Assembly: GCA_011170325.1 (NCBI GenBank)
Contig: DUEX01000015.1
Location: 1 to 52,658, forward strand
Length of the DNA stretch: 52,658 nucleotides
Source: Dehalococcoidia bacterium
Lineage (GTDB): Bacteria > Chloroflexota > Dehalococcoidia > GIF9 > UBA5629
Reading direction: 5' to 3'
A program made the translations under genes and the position numbers. The notes under the pieces are model-generated. The model was not told the origin of the DNA. It searched no databases and was given only the letters and a program-made list of their open reading frames with translations. Positions 9,151 to 17,396 of this stretch are shown in pieces. Position 1 is the first letter of the stretch; every line of letters starts with the position of its first letter.

Positions 9151-9485
9151 CTAATTAGCGACTTGACTCCGAGGGGTATGGCTATCTCAGTCAACACCTT
9201 AGTGATAGCTTCCTTAAGAGATTTCTTCTGTTCTTTACTGATGTTGTAGCGGGTCTTGACAAGCCGGGCAATGGTGTTGGCAGCCTCGAGGTGGAGGTCA
9301 AGCCTGTCTGGCTCTTTGCCAATGAGTTCGCAGAGCTTGACTCTTAAGATGGCGATCTCCTCATCAATGCCTTCTATGCCCCAGGCCTGCTCAAGCTGGA
9401 GCTTCTCAGCCTCGTCAAGAACCTGACTGTAGAAGCCGTGCTTCCTTGCGTTCTGATTGCCTTTTGGTGCGCCTCTTTTTGCCAT
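9147..9485 (-). CDS. Putative terminase small subunit-like protein.
   Basis: ATG 9485 gives MAKRGAPKGNQNARKHGFYS..., an N-terminal GNxNAxKHG motif common in phage small-terminase-like proteins. Its stop overlaps the terL ATG (ATGA at 9147..9150). The ORF is open from TTG 9515. Confidence 0.5.
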   Translation of the reverse strand: MAKRGAPKGNQNARKHGFYSQVLDEAEKLQLEQAWGIEGIDEEIAILRVKLCELIGKEPDRLDLHLEAANTIARLVKTRYNISKEQKKSLKEAITKVLTEIAIPLGVKSLIR

Positions 9486-9663
9486 TCTGCTTTGCCTTGA
9501 TGAGCCCAAAGACAAGGATGTGGGCAGCTAGGTCATACCTCTCCTCTTCCAAAGCTATTTTCAACAACTTCACCATAATCAAATATAATTCTAGCACTAA
9601 TGTTCTATTAAGACAAGCCGATATTGTCGTTCCAGCCTTGAGTTAGGAAGTCGTAGCGCCACC

Positions 9664-10656
9664 TCAAAAGGCAATCTTCAGAAGTAAGGCGATAAACCAG
9701 CCGAGGATACCGCAGGCTGGGAAGGTCAGTATCCAGGTCAACACAATATCCCCGGCTATCCCCCAGCGCACTGCAGAAAGGCGACTTGTGGCACCAACAC
9801 CCATGACCGAAGTGCTGATACAGTGTGTGGTGCTTACTGGAATACCAAAGTGTGAGGCAACCTCGATAACAGTAGCCGCCGATGCCTCTGCAGCGAATCC
9901 ATGGACGGGGCGCAAAGTAGTTATCTTCAATCCCAGTGTCCGGATAACCCGCCACCCGCCAATAGCGGTACCAAGGCTAATCGAGGCTGCTGAAACTGCA
10001 ACAACCCAAAAGGGAATCTGGAACTCGCCCCATCCATAATAGACCATCAAAGCCATACAGATTAAACCAATGGGCATCTGGCCATCGTTCTTGCCATGGC
10101 TATAAGCCATAAAGGCTGCCGAAATGACCTGTAGGTTTCCGAAGATGCCTCGTACTTTGTCAGGTGCACTTCTTCGGAAAAGCCACATTATGACCACCAT
10201 TAGCAAAAAACCACCGGCAAAGCCCATGAGAGGGGCAACGCCAACCGCAGAAATCACTTTGGTGAGAACGCCCCAAACGATGGTTTCACTACCGGAGATG
10301 GCGATACCAGCTCCCACCAGCCCCGCCACCAATCCATGGGTCAAGCTTATGGGCATGCCATAGTGTGTTAATACAACCGCCCAGATAATAATCGCTCCAG
10401 CTCCGGCGACCACAGTGCTCAAGGTCAAGGCTTCAGGAGCAACAATCCCTTTGCCGATGGTCATAGCCACTGCAGTGCCTGTGGCTGCCCCGGCGAAATT
10501 ACAAAAGGCTGCCATAATAATGGCAGCCCGGGGGGAAAGGGTACGAGTCCCAACTACTGTGGCGATAGCATTAGCGGCATCGTTAAAACCATTTGCAATA
10601 CCGAAACCGATGGCCGCTATAACTACCAGAATTAACAGAGCCAGGGATTCAGGCAT
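9664..10656 (-). CDS. Inorganic phosphate transporter, PiT family
   Basis: 330 aa polytopic membrane protein with the PHO4 motif GFNDAANAIATVVGTR and its second-half counterpart GKNDGQ. Confidence 0.93.
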   Translation of the reverse strand: MPESLALLILVVIAAIGFGIANGFNDAANAIATVVGTRTLSPRAAIIMAAFCNFAGAATGTAVAMTIGKGIVAPEALTLSTVVAGAGAIIIWAVVLTHYGMPISLTHGLVAGLVGAGIAISGSETIVWGVLTKVISAVGVAPLMGFAGGFLLMVVIMWLFRRSAPDKVRGIFGNLQVISAAFMAYSHGKNDGQMPIGLICMALMVYYGWGEFQIPFWVVAVSAASISLGTAIGGWRVIRTLGLKITTLRPVHGFAAEASAATVIEVASHFGIPVSTTHCISTSVMGVGATSRLSAVRWGIAGDIVLTWILTFPACGILGWFIALLLKIAF

Positions 10657-11278
10657 GCTTCAATACTACAGCTTCGAGGGCATTGGCTACATCCTCCCCA
10701 CGGTCAGTAGCGCTTTCCAAGTGTTCATAGATTTCGCGCCATTTGATGATATCACGCACATCCCTTGTGTTATCGAACAGCTCAGCCAAGGCAGCGTGAT
10801 GCACATCATCAGCCTCGTTTTCCAGACTATTGATCTCCACACATTGTTCCAGAATCTGCTTGAACTGTTCACGGTGACGCAAGAGAGGCATTACTTCGTT
10901 GAGCTTATGGGTTACCTTAACCACGATCAAGGCTAGCTCTCGGGCCCTTTCCGTGGGTTTGGTAATATGATAAAGGAAGGCGGTCCTGCCGGCAGCCTCG
11001 ATGAAATCCATCACATCATCTAGGCTATTGGCCAGGTGAGCGATATCCTCTCTATCGATGGGGGTCACAAAGGTGCGATGCAAGCTCTGCATTATCCGGT
11101 GAGTTATGATATCACCTTCGTGTTCCAGATCCTTGATTCGCTTTACCTTCACTTCAACATCTTCATAATTGTCGAAGAGATTGGCCAGCTTTCCTGCCGC
11201 CATGACTAGATTAGCGGCGCTTTGTTCAAACAAATCATAAAACTTCGTCTCTCTGGGAATCATTAGGAACCTAGCCAA
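10649..11278 (-). CDS. DUF47 family (PhoU-like) protein, the usual partner of PiT transporters.
   Basis: 209 aa helical protein. TTG start preceded by AGGAGGTG. It overlaps the pit start by 8 nt. Confidence 0.85.
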   Translation of the reverse strand: MARFLMIPRETKFYDLFEQSAANLVMAAGKLANLFDNYEDVEVKVKRIKDLEHEGDIITHRIMQSLHRTFVTPIDREDIAHLANSLDDVMDFIEAAGRTAFLYHITKPTERARELALIVVKVTHKLNEVMPLLRHREQFKQILEQCVEINSLENEADDVHHAALAELFDNTRDVRDIIKWREIYEHLESATDRGEDVANALEAVVLKHA

Positions 11279-11578
11279 AATGCACCTCCTAAGCGCCTAG
11301 AATAACATAATAGACAAATCTCTGGCTTGCCCAGCTCAGGCAGCCTCAACTCACGCGTATTATAACACAAGTTATAGCAGGTTTTGACCAGCAAGCGAAG
11401 AATTCTTTATAGACTCTTCCCCTTCACTTCGTTTAGGGTCAGGGCAGCAATTTGCTGCTGATAAACAGACTTCACTAGATTGCACGACTTGATGAATTGC
11501 TTGCCCTGTACACAGCAGCCAGATGGAATAGACCCATTTATGACAATCAGCAGCCAAGGGGCTGAATGTTTCTAAGCA

Positions 11579-12223
11579 TCAAACCTGTCTGAACAAGGTG
11601 CCAAAGAAAGCGACTATTTTCTCCGCCATGGCTACCTCATATCCCCACCAGAAATGGTCAGCCCCGGAGACAAGCTCAAATTGCTTCGGTTCAGCCGCCT
11701 CTCGATTAATTAGCTCCGCTTTCTGAAGCGAAACCACAAAATCCCCAGCCCCACAGATTATGAGCTTAGGCTTAGCACAGTCCTTTAGCTGGGATACTTG
11801 TGATAGTTCAAGCGGCGGAGAAACAAGTGCCACCGCCTTAACCCGGTCATCACTACAGGCAACCGCCGAAGCCACAGTGGCGCCAAAAGAATAGCCTAAT
11901 AATCCCACTTTATCTACACCCACTTCAGGCTGGGAAATTAGCCAACTTATAGCTGCCGCCACATCCTCTTGCTCATCAACACCGCCGCCAAAACTGCCTC
12001 CGCTGCCTCCTACTCCACGGAAGTTAAACATGAAGGCAATTATAGACCTGTTAACCAGAGTCGAACCCACCGCTAGTATAACATTGTTATCCATTGAGCC
12101 ACCATAAAGAGGATGAGGATGGCACAGGACTACCGCTGGAAAAACTCCGTCGCCCTCAGGGAAATAGCAAGCCCCTTCCAGAGTAAGATTGCCACAAGGG
12201 AAGGATATGTCGCTCCGTCTCAG
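11579..12223 (-). CDS. Alpha/beta hydrolase (HPHPxxGG...GxSxG type) with a probable non-canonical CTG start.
   Basis: The listed ORF starts at ATG 12094, but the conserved N-terminus LTLEGACYFPEGDGVFPAVVLCHPHPLYGGSMDNNV continues in frame upstream. The nucleophile elbow is GYSFG. Between the TAA at 12239..12241 and 12094 there is no in-frame ATG, GTG or TTG. CTG 12223 overlaps the rarA stop. Confidence 0.8.
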   Translation of the reverse strand: MRRSDISFPCGNLTLEGACYFPEGDGVFPAVVLCHPHPLYGGSMDNNVILAVGSTLVNRSIIAFMFNFRGVGGSGGSFGGGVDEQEDVAAAISWLISQPEVGVDKVGLLGYSFGATVASAVACSDDRVKAVALVSPPLELSQVSQLKDCAKPKLIICGAGDFVVSLQKAELINREAAEPKQFELVSGADHFWWGYEVAMAEKIVAFFGTLFRQV

Positions 12224-13590
12224 CCTTTCTTCTCCCTTTTATTCCCCCACCAGGCTTTAAGTCTAGTATTTACTTCCTTTTCATAGCCCTGTTCACTGGG
12301 GAAATAATAACGCTTCTCCCGGAGCGAATTCGGCAGGTTCTGTTGCTCTACAAAATGTCCGGGGTAGTTGTGAGCATATTTGTAGCCTTTCCCATATTCC
12401 AGCTCACGCATCAATCGGGTAACTGGATTGCGCAGGTGAAGTGGTACCGGCTCATTTCGACTTCGCTCAACATCTTGCTGCACCCGAGAGTAGGCGTCAT
12501 ATAAGGAATTGCTTTTCGGAGCCGTAGCCAGATAGGTCACCGCCTCAGCCAGAGCCAGATTGCCCTCAGGCATACCAACAAAATGTGCTGCTTGTTGAGC
12601 TGCTACAGCCACCATCAACGCTTGAGGATCAGCCATACCTACATCTTCAGAAGCAAAGCGCACCAGACGTCGGGCAATATAAAGAGGGTCCTCTCCAGCC
12701 TCAAGCATTCGCCCTAGCCAATATAAAGCTGCGTCGGGGGCTGAACCACGCAGCGACTTATGAAGCGCTGAGATAAAGTCATAATGCTGGTCACCGCTTT
12801 TATCATAAAGCAAAGCCCGTTGCTGTAGCGCTTCCTCAATACTTGTCAGGCTGAGCCGACGATACCCATCAGCCTCAGGCGAACTAGCCAAAGTTGCCAT
12901 CTCCAAGGCATTGAGTGCTACCCGAGCATCACCATTAGACATAACAACCAAATGCCTTAGAGCCTCTCCGGCTAGCTCCACCTTCAATTTCCCTATCCCC
13001 CTCCCCCTATCTTCGATAGCTCGTTCAACGATAGAACGAATCTCTATATCAGTTAACGAATTCAAAGTAAATACTCGGCACCGCGAGAGCAAAGGAGAGA
13101 TAACCTCAAAGGAAGGATTCTCTGTGGTAGCGCCGATGAGAATTACCACGCCATTTTCCACAAAGGGCAATATCGCATCCTGTTGAGCTTTATTAAATCG
13201 ATGGATCTCATCAATAAACAGGATAGTTCGTTGCCCAGATAGCTTGAGCCTATGCTTAGCTTCATCAACGATGCGACGCAGGTCAGCCACACCGGCACTA
13301 ACTGCACTCAGTGGACTAAAATGTGACTTGGTGATGCTAGCAATAACATAAGCCAGAGTTGTTTTGCCACTACCAGGCGGGCCCCAAAAAATCAGCGACG
13401 GCAACTGGTCTGCCTCGATACATTTTCTGAGCACCCGCCCCTCGCCTACCAGATGCTCCTGCCCCATAAACTCAGCAAAATTTAGCGGCCGTATTCTGGC
13501 AGCTAAAGGCATATCACCGGGCAGCTCAGAGTCTACCCTAGATATTGCTTTGCCCTTCGATTCCAGCTGATTTAAATCGAAAAGAGTCAT
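12220..13590 (-). CDS. rarA: Replication-associated recombination protein A (AAA+ ATPase MgsA/RarA)
   Basis: 456 aa. Walker A FWGPPGSGKTTLA, Walker B LFIDEIHRFNK and a C-terminal MgsA_C region (HYDFISALHKSLRGS). Confidence 0.95.
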   Translation of the reverse strand: MTLFDLNQLESKGKAISRVDSELPGDMPLAARIRPLNFAEFMGQEHLVGEGRVLRKCIEADQLPSLIFWGPPGSGKTTLAYVIASITKSHFSPLSAVSAGVADLRRIVDEAKHRLKLSGQRTILFIDEIHRFNKAQQDAILPFVENGVVILIGATTENPSFEVISPLLSRCRVFTLNSLTDIEIRSIVERAIEDRGRGIGKLKVELAGEALRHLVVMSNGDARVALNALEMATLASSPEADGYRRLSLTSIEEALQQRALLYDKSGDQHYDFISALHKSLRGSAPDAALYWLGRMLEAGEDPLYIARRLVRFASEDVGMADPQALMVAVAAQQAAHFVGMPEGNLALAEAVTYLATAPKSNSLYDAYSRVQQDVERSRNEPVPLHLRNPVTRLMRELEYGKGYKYAHNYPGHFVEQQNLPNSLREKRYYFPSEQGYEKEVNTRLKAWWGNKREKKG

Positions 13591-14690
13591 GTTACCTCTC
13601 TCTTTAACGTTTGAGCTACCCTAACCGCTTTATCATAATAATTCTTAACCTCTTCCACATAGGTCAGTGCTGATGCGACCACGGTAACTTGGGCAAAATC
13701 TCTAGCTCCGTAGAAATCACCACCTCTTATTTCAGCATTATGTGCTAACTCCCGCAGGCGATTTCCCAAAGCTTTGGTCATATCAACATTGGCTTCCTTA
13801 GCTGGGACTGAGAGAAGATATAGGGCTTTGCCAGCATCCTCCAATTTGCAATCAATCGAGAACCGGCCCAAAGCTGCACTCATTGCCTCCATGGCTTTAA
13901 GTGTTTCCGAGCCCTTCTCCTGAAAGCCCTGCATCTTTCTCCAAGGAAATCTTGACACCGAAAATTGTGTCTTCCCAACGCCTATCGCTGTCCAGCTTGC
14001 TAAAGTTTGTACCATGTCACCAACGCCTAGTGCCCACACCCCAACATATCCTGAGCCAACCACTTCGCTAGCACAAAGAAGGTCATAGAATGGAAGGGCT
14101 ATCTCTTTATTCAAACTGCCCATATTATCAATTGATGTCGCATTTCCTCCCACTCTGAACCTCTCATTATCCACCAAGAACACAGCGTCAGCTACCTTAT
14201 GAATAGACTTGAGGCAGATAGCCGTATTATAAACACATTGCGGCTCGGTTGCCTCAGGCTCAAAGGGGAGAATGATGAGTGCATAGACCGGTTTGCCTAC
14301 ATAACGCTCCTTAAGTTGTTGAGCCATTACCGGAACTCCGCCAGAACCAAGGCTTCCAGCAGCACCAGCGATAAATAAGAAAGCGTCTGTCTCAAAAAAC
14401 TCACCCGGTCTCATAGCTGCTATTACCCGGTCACCTTCCTCACTCATAAGTGCAGCGCCAGCTTCAGTAGACTTGCCGTCACCTCCAAGGGAACCACGAA
14501 TAAAGATAGGCTGTAGCCACTCAGGCCCAGACTTAGTCAATACTGCTAAACTAGCCTGGTCATTATTAACCGCATAGGCACGGGTAACTATGCTGACATG
14601 TCGTTCAACTTTTGCTCTTTTATTTAACCGAGCAAATTCACTAGCCAGCCTGCAGCCACAATCACCAAGACCAATAACTAGCAACTTCAT
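13587..14690 (-). CDS. Tubulin/FtsZ-superfamily protein, CetZ-like (paralog 2, degenerate nucleotide-binding motifs).
   Basis: 367 aa, collinear with the 6571..7752 product: MKLLVIGLGDCGCR, LKERYVGKPVYALIILPFE, VYNTAICLKSIH, FLVDNERF, PFYDLLCASEV, GSETLKAMEAMSAA, EDAGKALYLLSVPA, IRGGDF. The signature is AGSLGSG (14340..14360) instead of AGGTGSG. Confidence 0.8.
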   Translation of the reverse strand: MKLLVIGLGDCGCRLASEFARLNKRAKVERHVSIVTRAYAVNNDQASLAVLTKSGPEWLQPIFIRGSLGGDGKSTEAGAALMSEEGDRVIAAMRPGEFFETDAFLFIAGAAGSLGSGGVPVMAQQLKERYVGKPVYALIILPFEPEATEPQCVYNTAICLKSIHKVADAVFLVDNERFRVGGNATSIDNMGSLNKEIALPFYDLLCASEVVGSGYVGVWALGVGDMVQTLASWTAIGVGKTQFSVSRFPWRKMQGFQEKGSETLKAMEAMSAALGRFSIDCKLEDAGKALYLLSVPAKEANVDMTKALGNRLRELAHNAEIRGGDFYGARDFAQVTVVASALTYVEEVKNYYDKAVRVAQTLKREVT

Positions 14691-14693
14691 ATG

Positions 14694-15209
14694 CTACTTA
14701 TATCTCCTCACCTGAAAACGGTATAGCTTAATCGGTTCGTCGCCTGATATGCCAGCTTTAGCTCGGCAGATATCAATCTGCTCGTCTACAGTATCCACGC
14801 CTTCAAGGCCAGGCAGCAAAAGTCCTCGCCTAAACCCACACTCTACAATCACGCCATACTTCTTAGGGTCAAGCCGGTCAATGCTATCCACCGGCTCAGG
14901 CTTGGTGAGTATATCTATGCTATATTCCAAATTATCTAACTCAGAAGCCGCAACCGGCGTAAAGCGAGGGTCCTCAGTAGCCGAACTAATAGCATTGGCA
15001 ACGATTTCCTCGGCTACATTCGCCCTAGTTGGCTCAAAGGTGCCAATACAGCCCCTTAGTTCACCATGTTTCTTAATGGACACAAAGACACCAGCTCTTT
15101 CCTTCATTTCAGCAGTAAGCTCCTCTGCTTTGAGCACCCTGCCCTCGCCAATATAACTTTCCACCGCCTCTTTAGCTAACTTTACTATTGGGTGAAGCTC
15201 CTTTTCCAT
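14694..15209 (-). CDS. AMMECR1 domain protein (AmmeMemoRadiSam system protein A)
   Basis: 171 aa with the [19 protein letters not shown] motif typical of AMMECR1. Confidence 0.9.
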   Translation of the reverse strand: MEKELHPIVKLAKEAVESYIGEGRVLKAEELTAEMKERAGVFVSIKKHGELRGCIGTFEPTRANVAEEIVANAISSATEDPRFTPVAASELDNLEYSIDILTKPEPVDSIDRLDPKKYGVIVECGFRRGLLLPGLEGVDTVDEQIDICRAKAGISGDEPIKLYRFQVRRYK

Positions 15210-15210
15210 G

Positions 15211-16029
15211 TCACTGCCTCCTTCCCCCCTTTATTATTATACCAGCGTAGCCGACTACGCTGGTATAATCACCCGATGTGTCACCACTTGTCTGATATCT
15301 AACTAGTTCTGCCTCTCTCCCTCCTAACTCCTTAGAGGCAGAAATAAGGCTAACCGCTGGTGCATAGCCACACATCGATATATCCAACTCCTCAACTCGC
15401 TTCAAGAGCTCATCCTCATTTAAATCCAGTATGGCTTCGATAGCCTGAGCATCTTTCCTCTGAGCAGTTTCCTGCGGTTCATAGTGGGTCATGTCACTGC
15501 TGGCTATGATTACAGTCCCCCGACCTAATCCCTTAATAGCCCTGGCTATTCCCTTGCCGATTTCTTTATAGGCAGCACCGGCCGAGTGGGAGAGAACGAT
15601 AGGCACTATCTCGATGTCTGGCTTGAAATACTGTAAAAATGGAACCTGAACCTCAATGGAGTGCTCATATTGATGTGCCATATAGTCTTCTTCTAAGTAG
15701 CTAGATATAGCTAAAATCTGCTTTCCAAGTTCCGAGTCAATTTCTACCTCACCCAAAGGTGTTTTCCATCTGCCTTTCGTCATGATACTAAAAGGTTTTC
15801 CTCTCCCAGTGTGATTAGGACCTAAGATGACAAAGGTGTCCCTAAATTTGATTCTAGATATAACAGCCCCAGCTACTGGCCCTGAGTAGATATATCCAGC
15901 ATGAGGCGAAACCAGTCCGACTACCTCGACTTTCTCTGCCTTCTCATCAACCAATTCTCTAATCTGTGCCCTAAGCTGGTCGGGTAAGCCCGGGTAAAAT
16001 TGGCCAGCGACAACTGGATTCCTAATCAT
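15211..16029 (-). CDS. MEMO1-family protein (AmmeMemoRadiSam system protein B)
   Basis: 272 aa. N-terminus [14 protein letters not shown], with [10 protein letters not shown] and the DMTHY His/Asp metal site pattern. Confidence 0.9.
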   Translation of the reverse strand: MIRNPVVAGQFYPGLPDQLRAQIRELVDEKAEKVEVVGLVSPHAGYIYSGPVAGAVISRIKFRDTFVILGPNHTGRGKPFSIMTKGRWKTPLGEVEIDSELGKQILAISSYLEEDYMAHQYEHSIEVQVPFLQYFKPDIEIVPIVLSHSAGAAYKEIGKGIARAIKGLGRGTVIIASSDMTHYEPQETAQRKDAQAIEAILDLNEDELLKRVEELDISMCGYAPAVSLISASKELGGREAELVRYQTSGDTSGDYTSVVGYAGIIIKGGRRQ

Positions 16030-16064
16030 AATACCTCCCTTAGCAGAGCTAAAACCCCGCGACG

Positions 16065-17090
16065 TTAACCAACCGTCTTAATATTAAGTTCAGCTCCGCA
16101 AAACTTACACTTTGAACCGCCAATGCCCACCACTTGAGCATCGTAGCCAAATCTTCTAATGACCACTTTGCCACAAGAATAACAAACAGTATTCTCTCCG
16201 TCATGACCAGGGATATTGCCCAAATAGACAAAGCGCAACCCTGCTCTTTTGCCAATATCATAAGCCTTCTCCAGGCTAGCTATTGGGGTCGGCGGCAAGT
16301 GAGTCAGGTAATGATGAGGATAAAACCGGGTCACATGCCAAGGAGTCAGCTCACCCAGTTCATCCCGAATCCAAATAGCAATACCCTCCAGCTGCTCCTC
16401 ATCATCATTCATCGTCGGAATCACATTGGTCACCACCTCGACATGCATCCCCCATTTCACTTGAGCCCGTTTAGCCACCTCGAGAATTCCTCGCCACCGG
16501 GAAATTTTGGCTAAGTCGCGATATAAAGCATCAGAAAAACCTTTGATATCAACCCGCCAAGCATCGAGATAAGGCCCGATAGTATCCAAGGCCTCCGATG
16601 TAAGATAGCCATTAGTAACATAAACACTGTAGAGCCCATCTTTCTTAGCCAGCTTCGCTGAATCCAGGGTATATTCAAACCAGATACTTGGCTCATTATA
16701 AGTCCAGGCAATGCCACCACAATTATGCTGCTTGGTTAATTTCACAGCTTCCTGAGGCGAAATTCTTCGTGAACCCCTCACCATTTCGGCTGGCTCCTCA
16801 ACACAAGAGATCTCCCAATTCTGGCAATGCTTACAATGAAAATTGCACCCCCAAGTACCTAAAGAGAAAACCAAGCTCCCTGGAAAGAAGTGGAACAGGG
16901 GTTTCTTCTCGATAGGGTCAACCGCTACTGACGAGGCCTCAGCATAGTTAAGGATACGAAGAATGCCATCATTATTTCGACGCACTCGACAAACACCAAA
17001 TTTGCCCGGATTAATAACACAACGCCACTGGCAAACATTGCAACGTACTCTAGACCCAGGAAGCTTGTCGTAAAGTATCGCCTCAGACAT
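16065..17090 (-). CDS. AmmeMemoRadiSam system radical SAM enzyme
   Basis: 341 aa. N-terminal Cys cluster CNVCQWRC...CRVR, radical SAM CNFHCKHCQNW, and a C-terminal zinc-ribbon-like CYSCG...CKFCG. Confidence 0.9.
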   Translation of the reverse strand: MSEAILYDKLPGSRVRCNVCQWRCVINPGKFGVCRVRRNNDGILRILNYAEASSVAVDPIEKKPLFHFFPGSLVFSLGTWGCNFHCKHCQNWEISCVEEPAEMVRGSRRISPQEAVKLTKQHNCGGIAWTYNEPSIWFEYTLDSAKLAKKDGLYSVYVTNGYLTSEALDTIGPYLDAWRVDIKGFSDALYRDLAKISRWRGILEVAKRAQVKWGMHVEVVTNVIPTMNDDEEQLEGIAIWIRDELGELTPWHVTRFYPHHYLTHLPPTPIASLEKAYDIGKRAGLRFVYLGNIPGHDGENTVCYSCGKVVIRRFGYDAQVVGIGGSKCKFCGAELNIKTVG

Positions 17091-17135
17091 TAGTCAACCG
17101 CCACCCCAACCAATTATACCACTTCACTCTAACCC

Positions 17136-17164
17136 ATTATAGTCAGTCACTAGACAACGCTCAA
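17136..17164 (-). promoter_or_regulatory. Candidate promoter for the radical SAM-to-hydrolase operon.
   Basis: The minus strand reads TTGAGC, 17 nt, TATAAT. A second candidate is an extended -10 TGgTATAAT (reverse complement of 17113..17121). Confidence 0.3.
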
Positions 17165-17210
17165 GACTTAATCTAGAATAGCCTCCAAGAGAACCTAAAA
17201 AGGAAGGAAA

Positions 17211-17368
17211 ATGATTCCAGAACTTAATGAAGAGCAGAAAAAATACTAAAGAGAAGCGTCAGAGAATTTATGGAACGAGAAATAATTCCCATTGCCGATG
17301 ACTATGACCGCAAATATCACCCTCTCGCCAAAGACATGGCTATAGACCTCTTAATGATAGGCATATAA
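17211..17368 (+). pseudogene. Acyl-CoA dehydrogenase N-terminal relic (frameshifted, about 50 codons only).
   Basis: ATG 17211 (SD AGGAAGG) gives MIPELNEEQKKY then stops at 17247. Shifting frame within the A-run gives ...KKILKRSVREFMEREIIPIADDYDRKYHPLAKDMAIDLLMIGI, stopping at 17366..17368. This matches the usual ACAD start (LtEEQ...vReFae.EiaPiA.e.D...fP.....lGlmGi). Confidence 0.45.
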
Positions 17369-17396
17369 GCTTTTACTTAAGCCGACTAAAGAAAAC

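Noticed and set aside
11441-11506. Imperfect inverted repeat GGGCAGCAATT ... AATTGCTtGCCC between the hydrolase operon and the DUF47/pit operon.
   Set aside because: It has a one-base bulge, a long loop and no T-tail. It could be a weak terminator or an operator, but nothing distinguishes it from chance.
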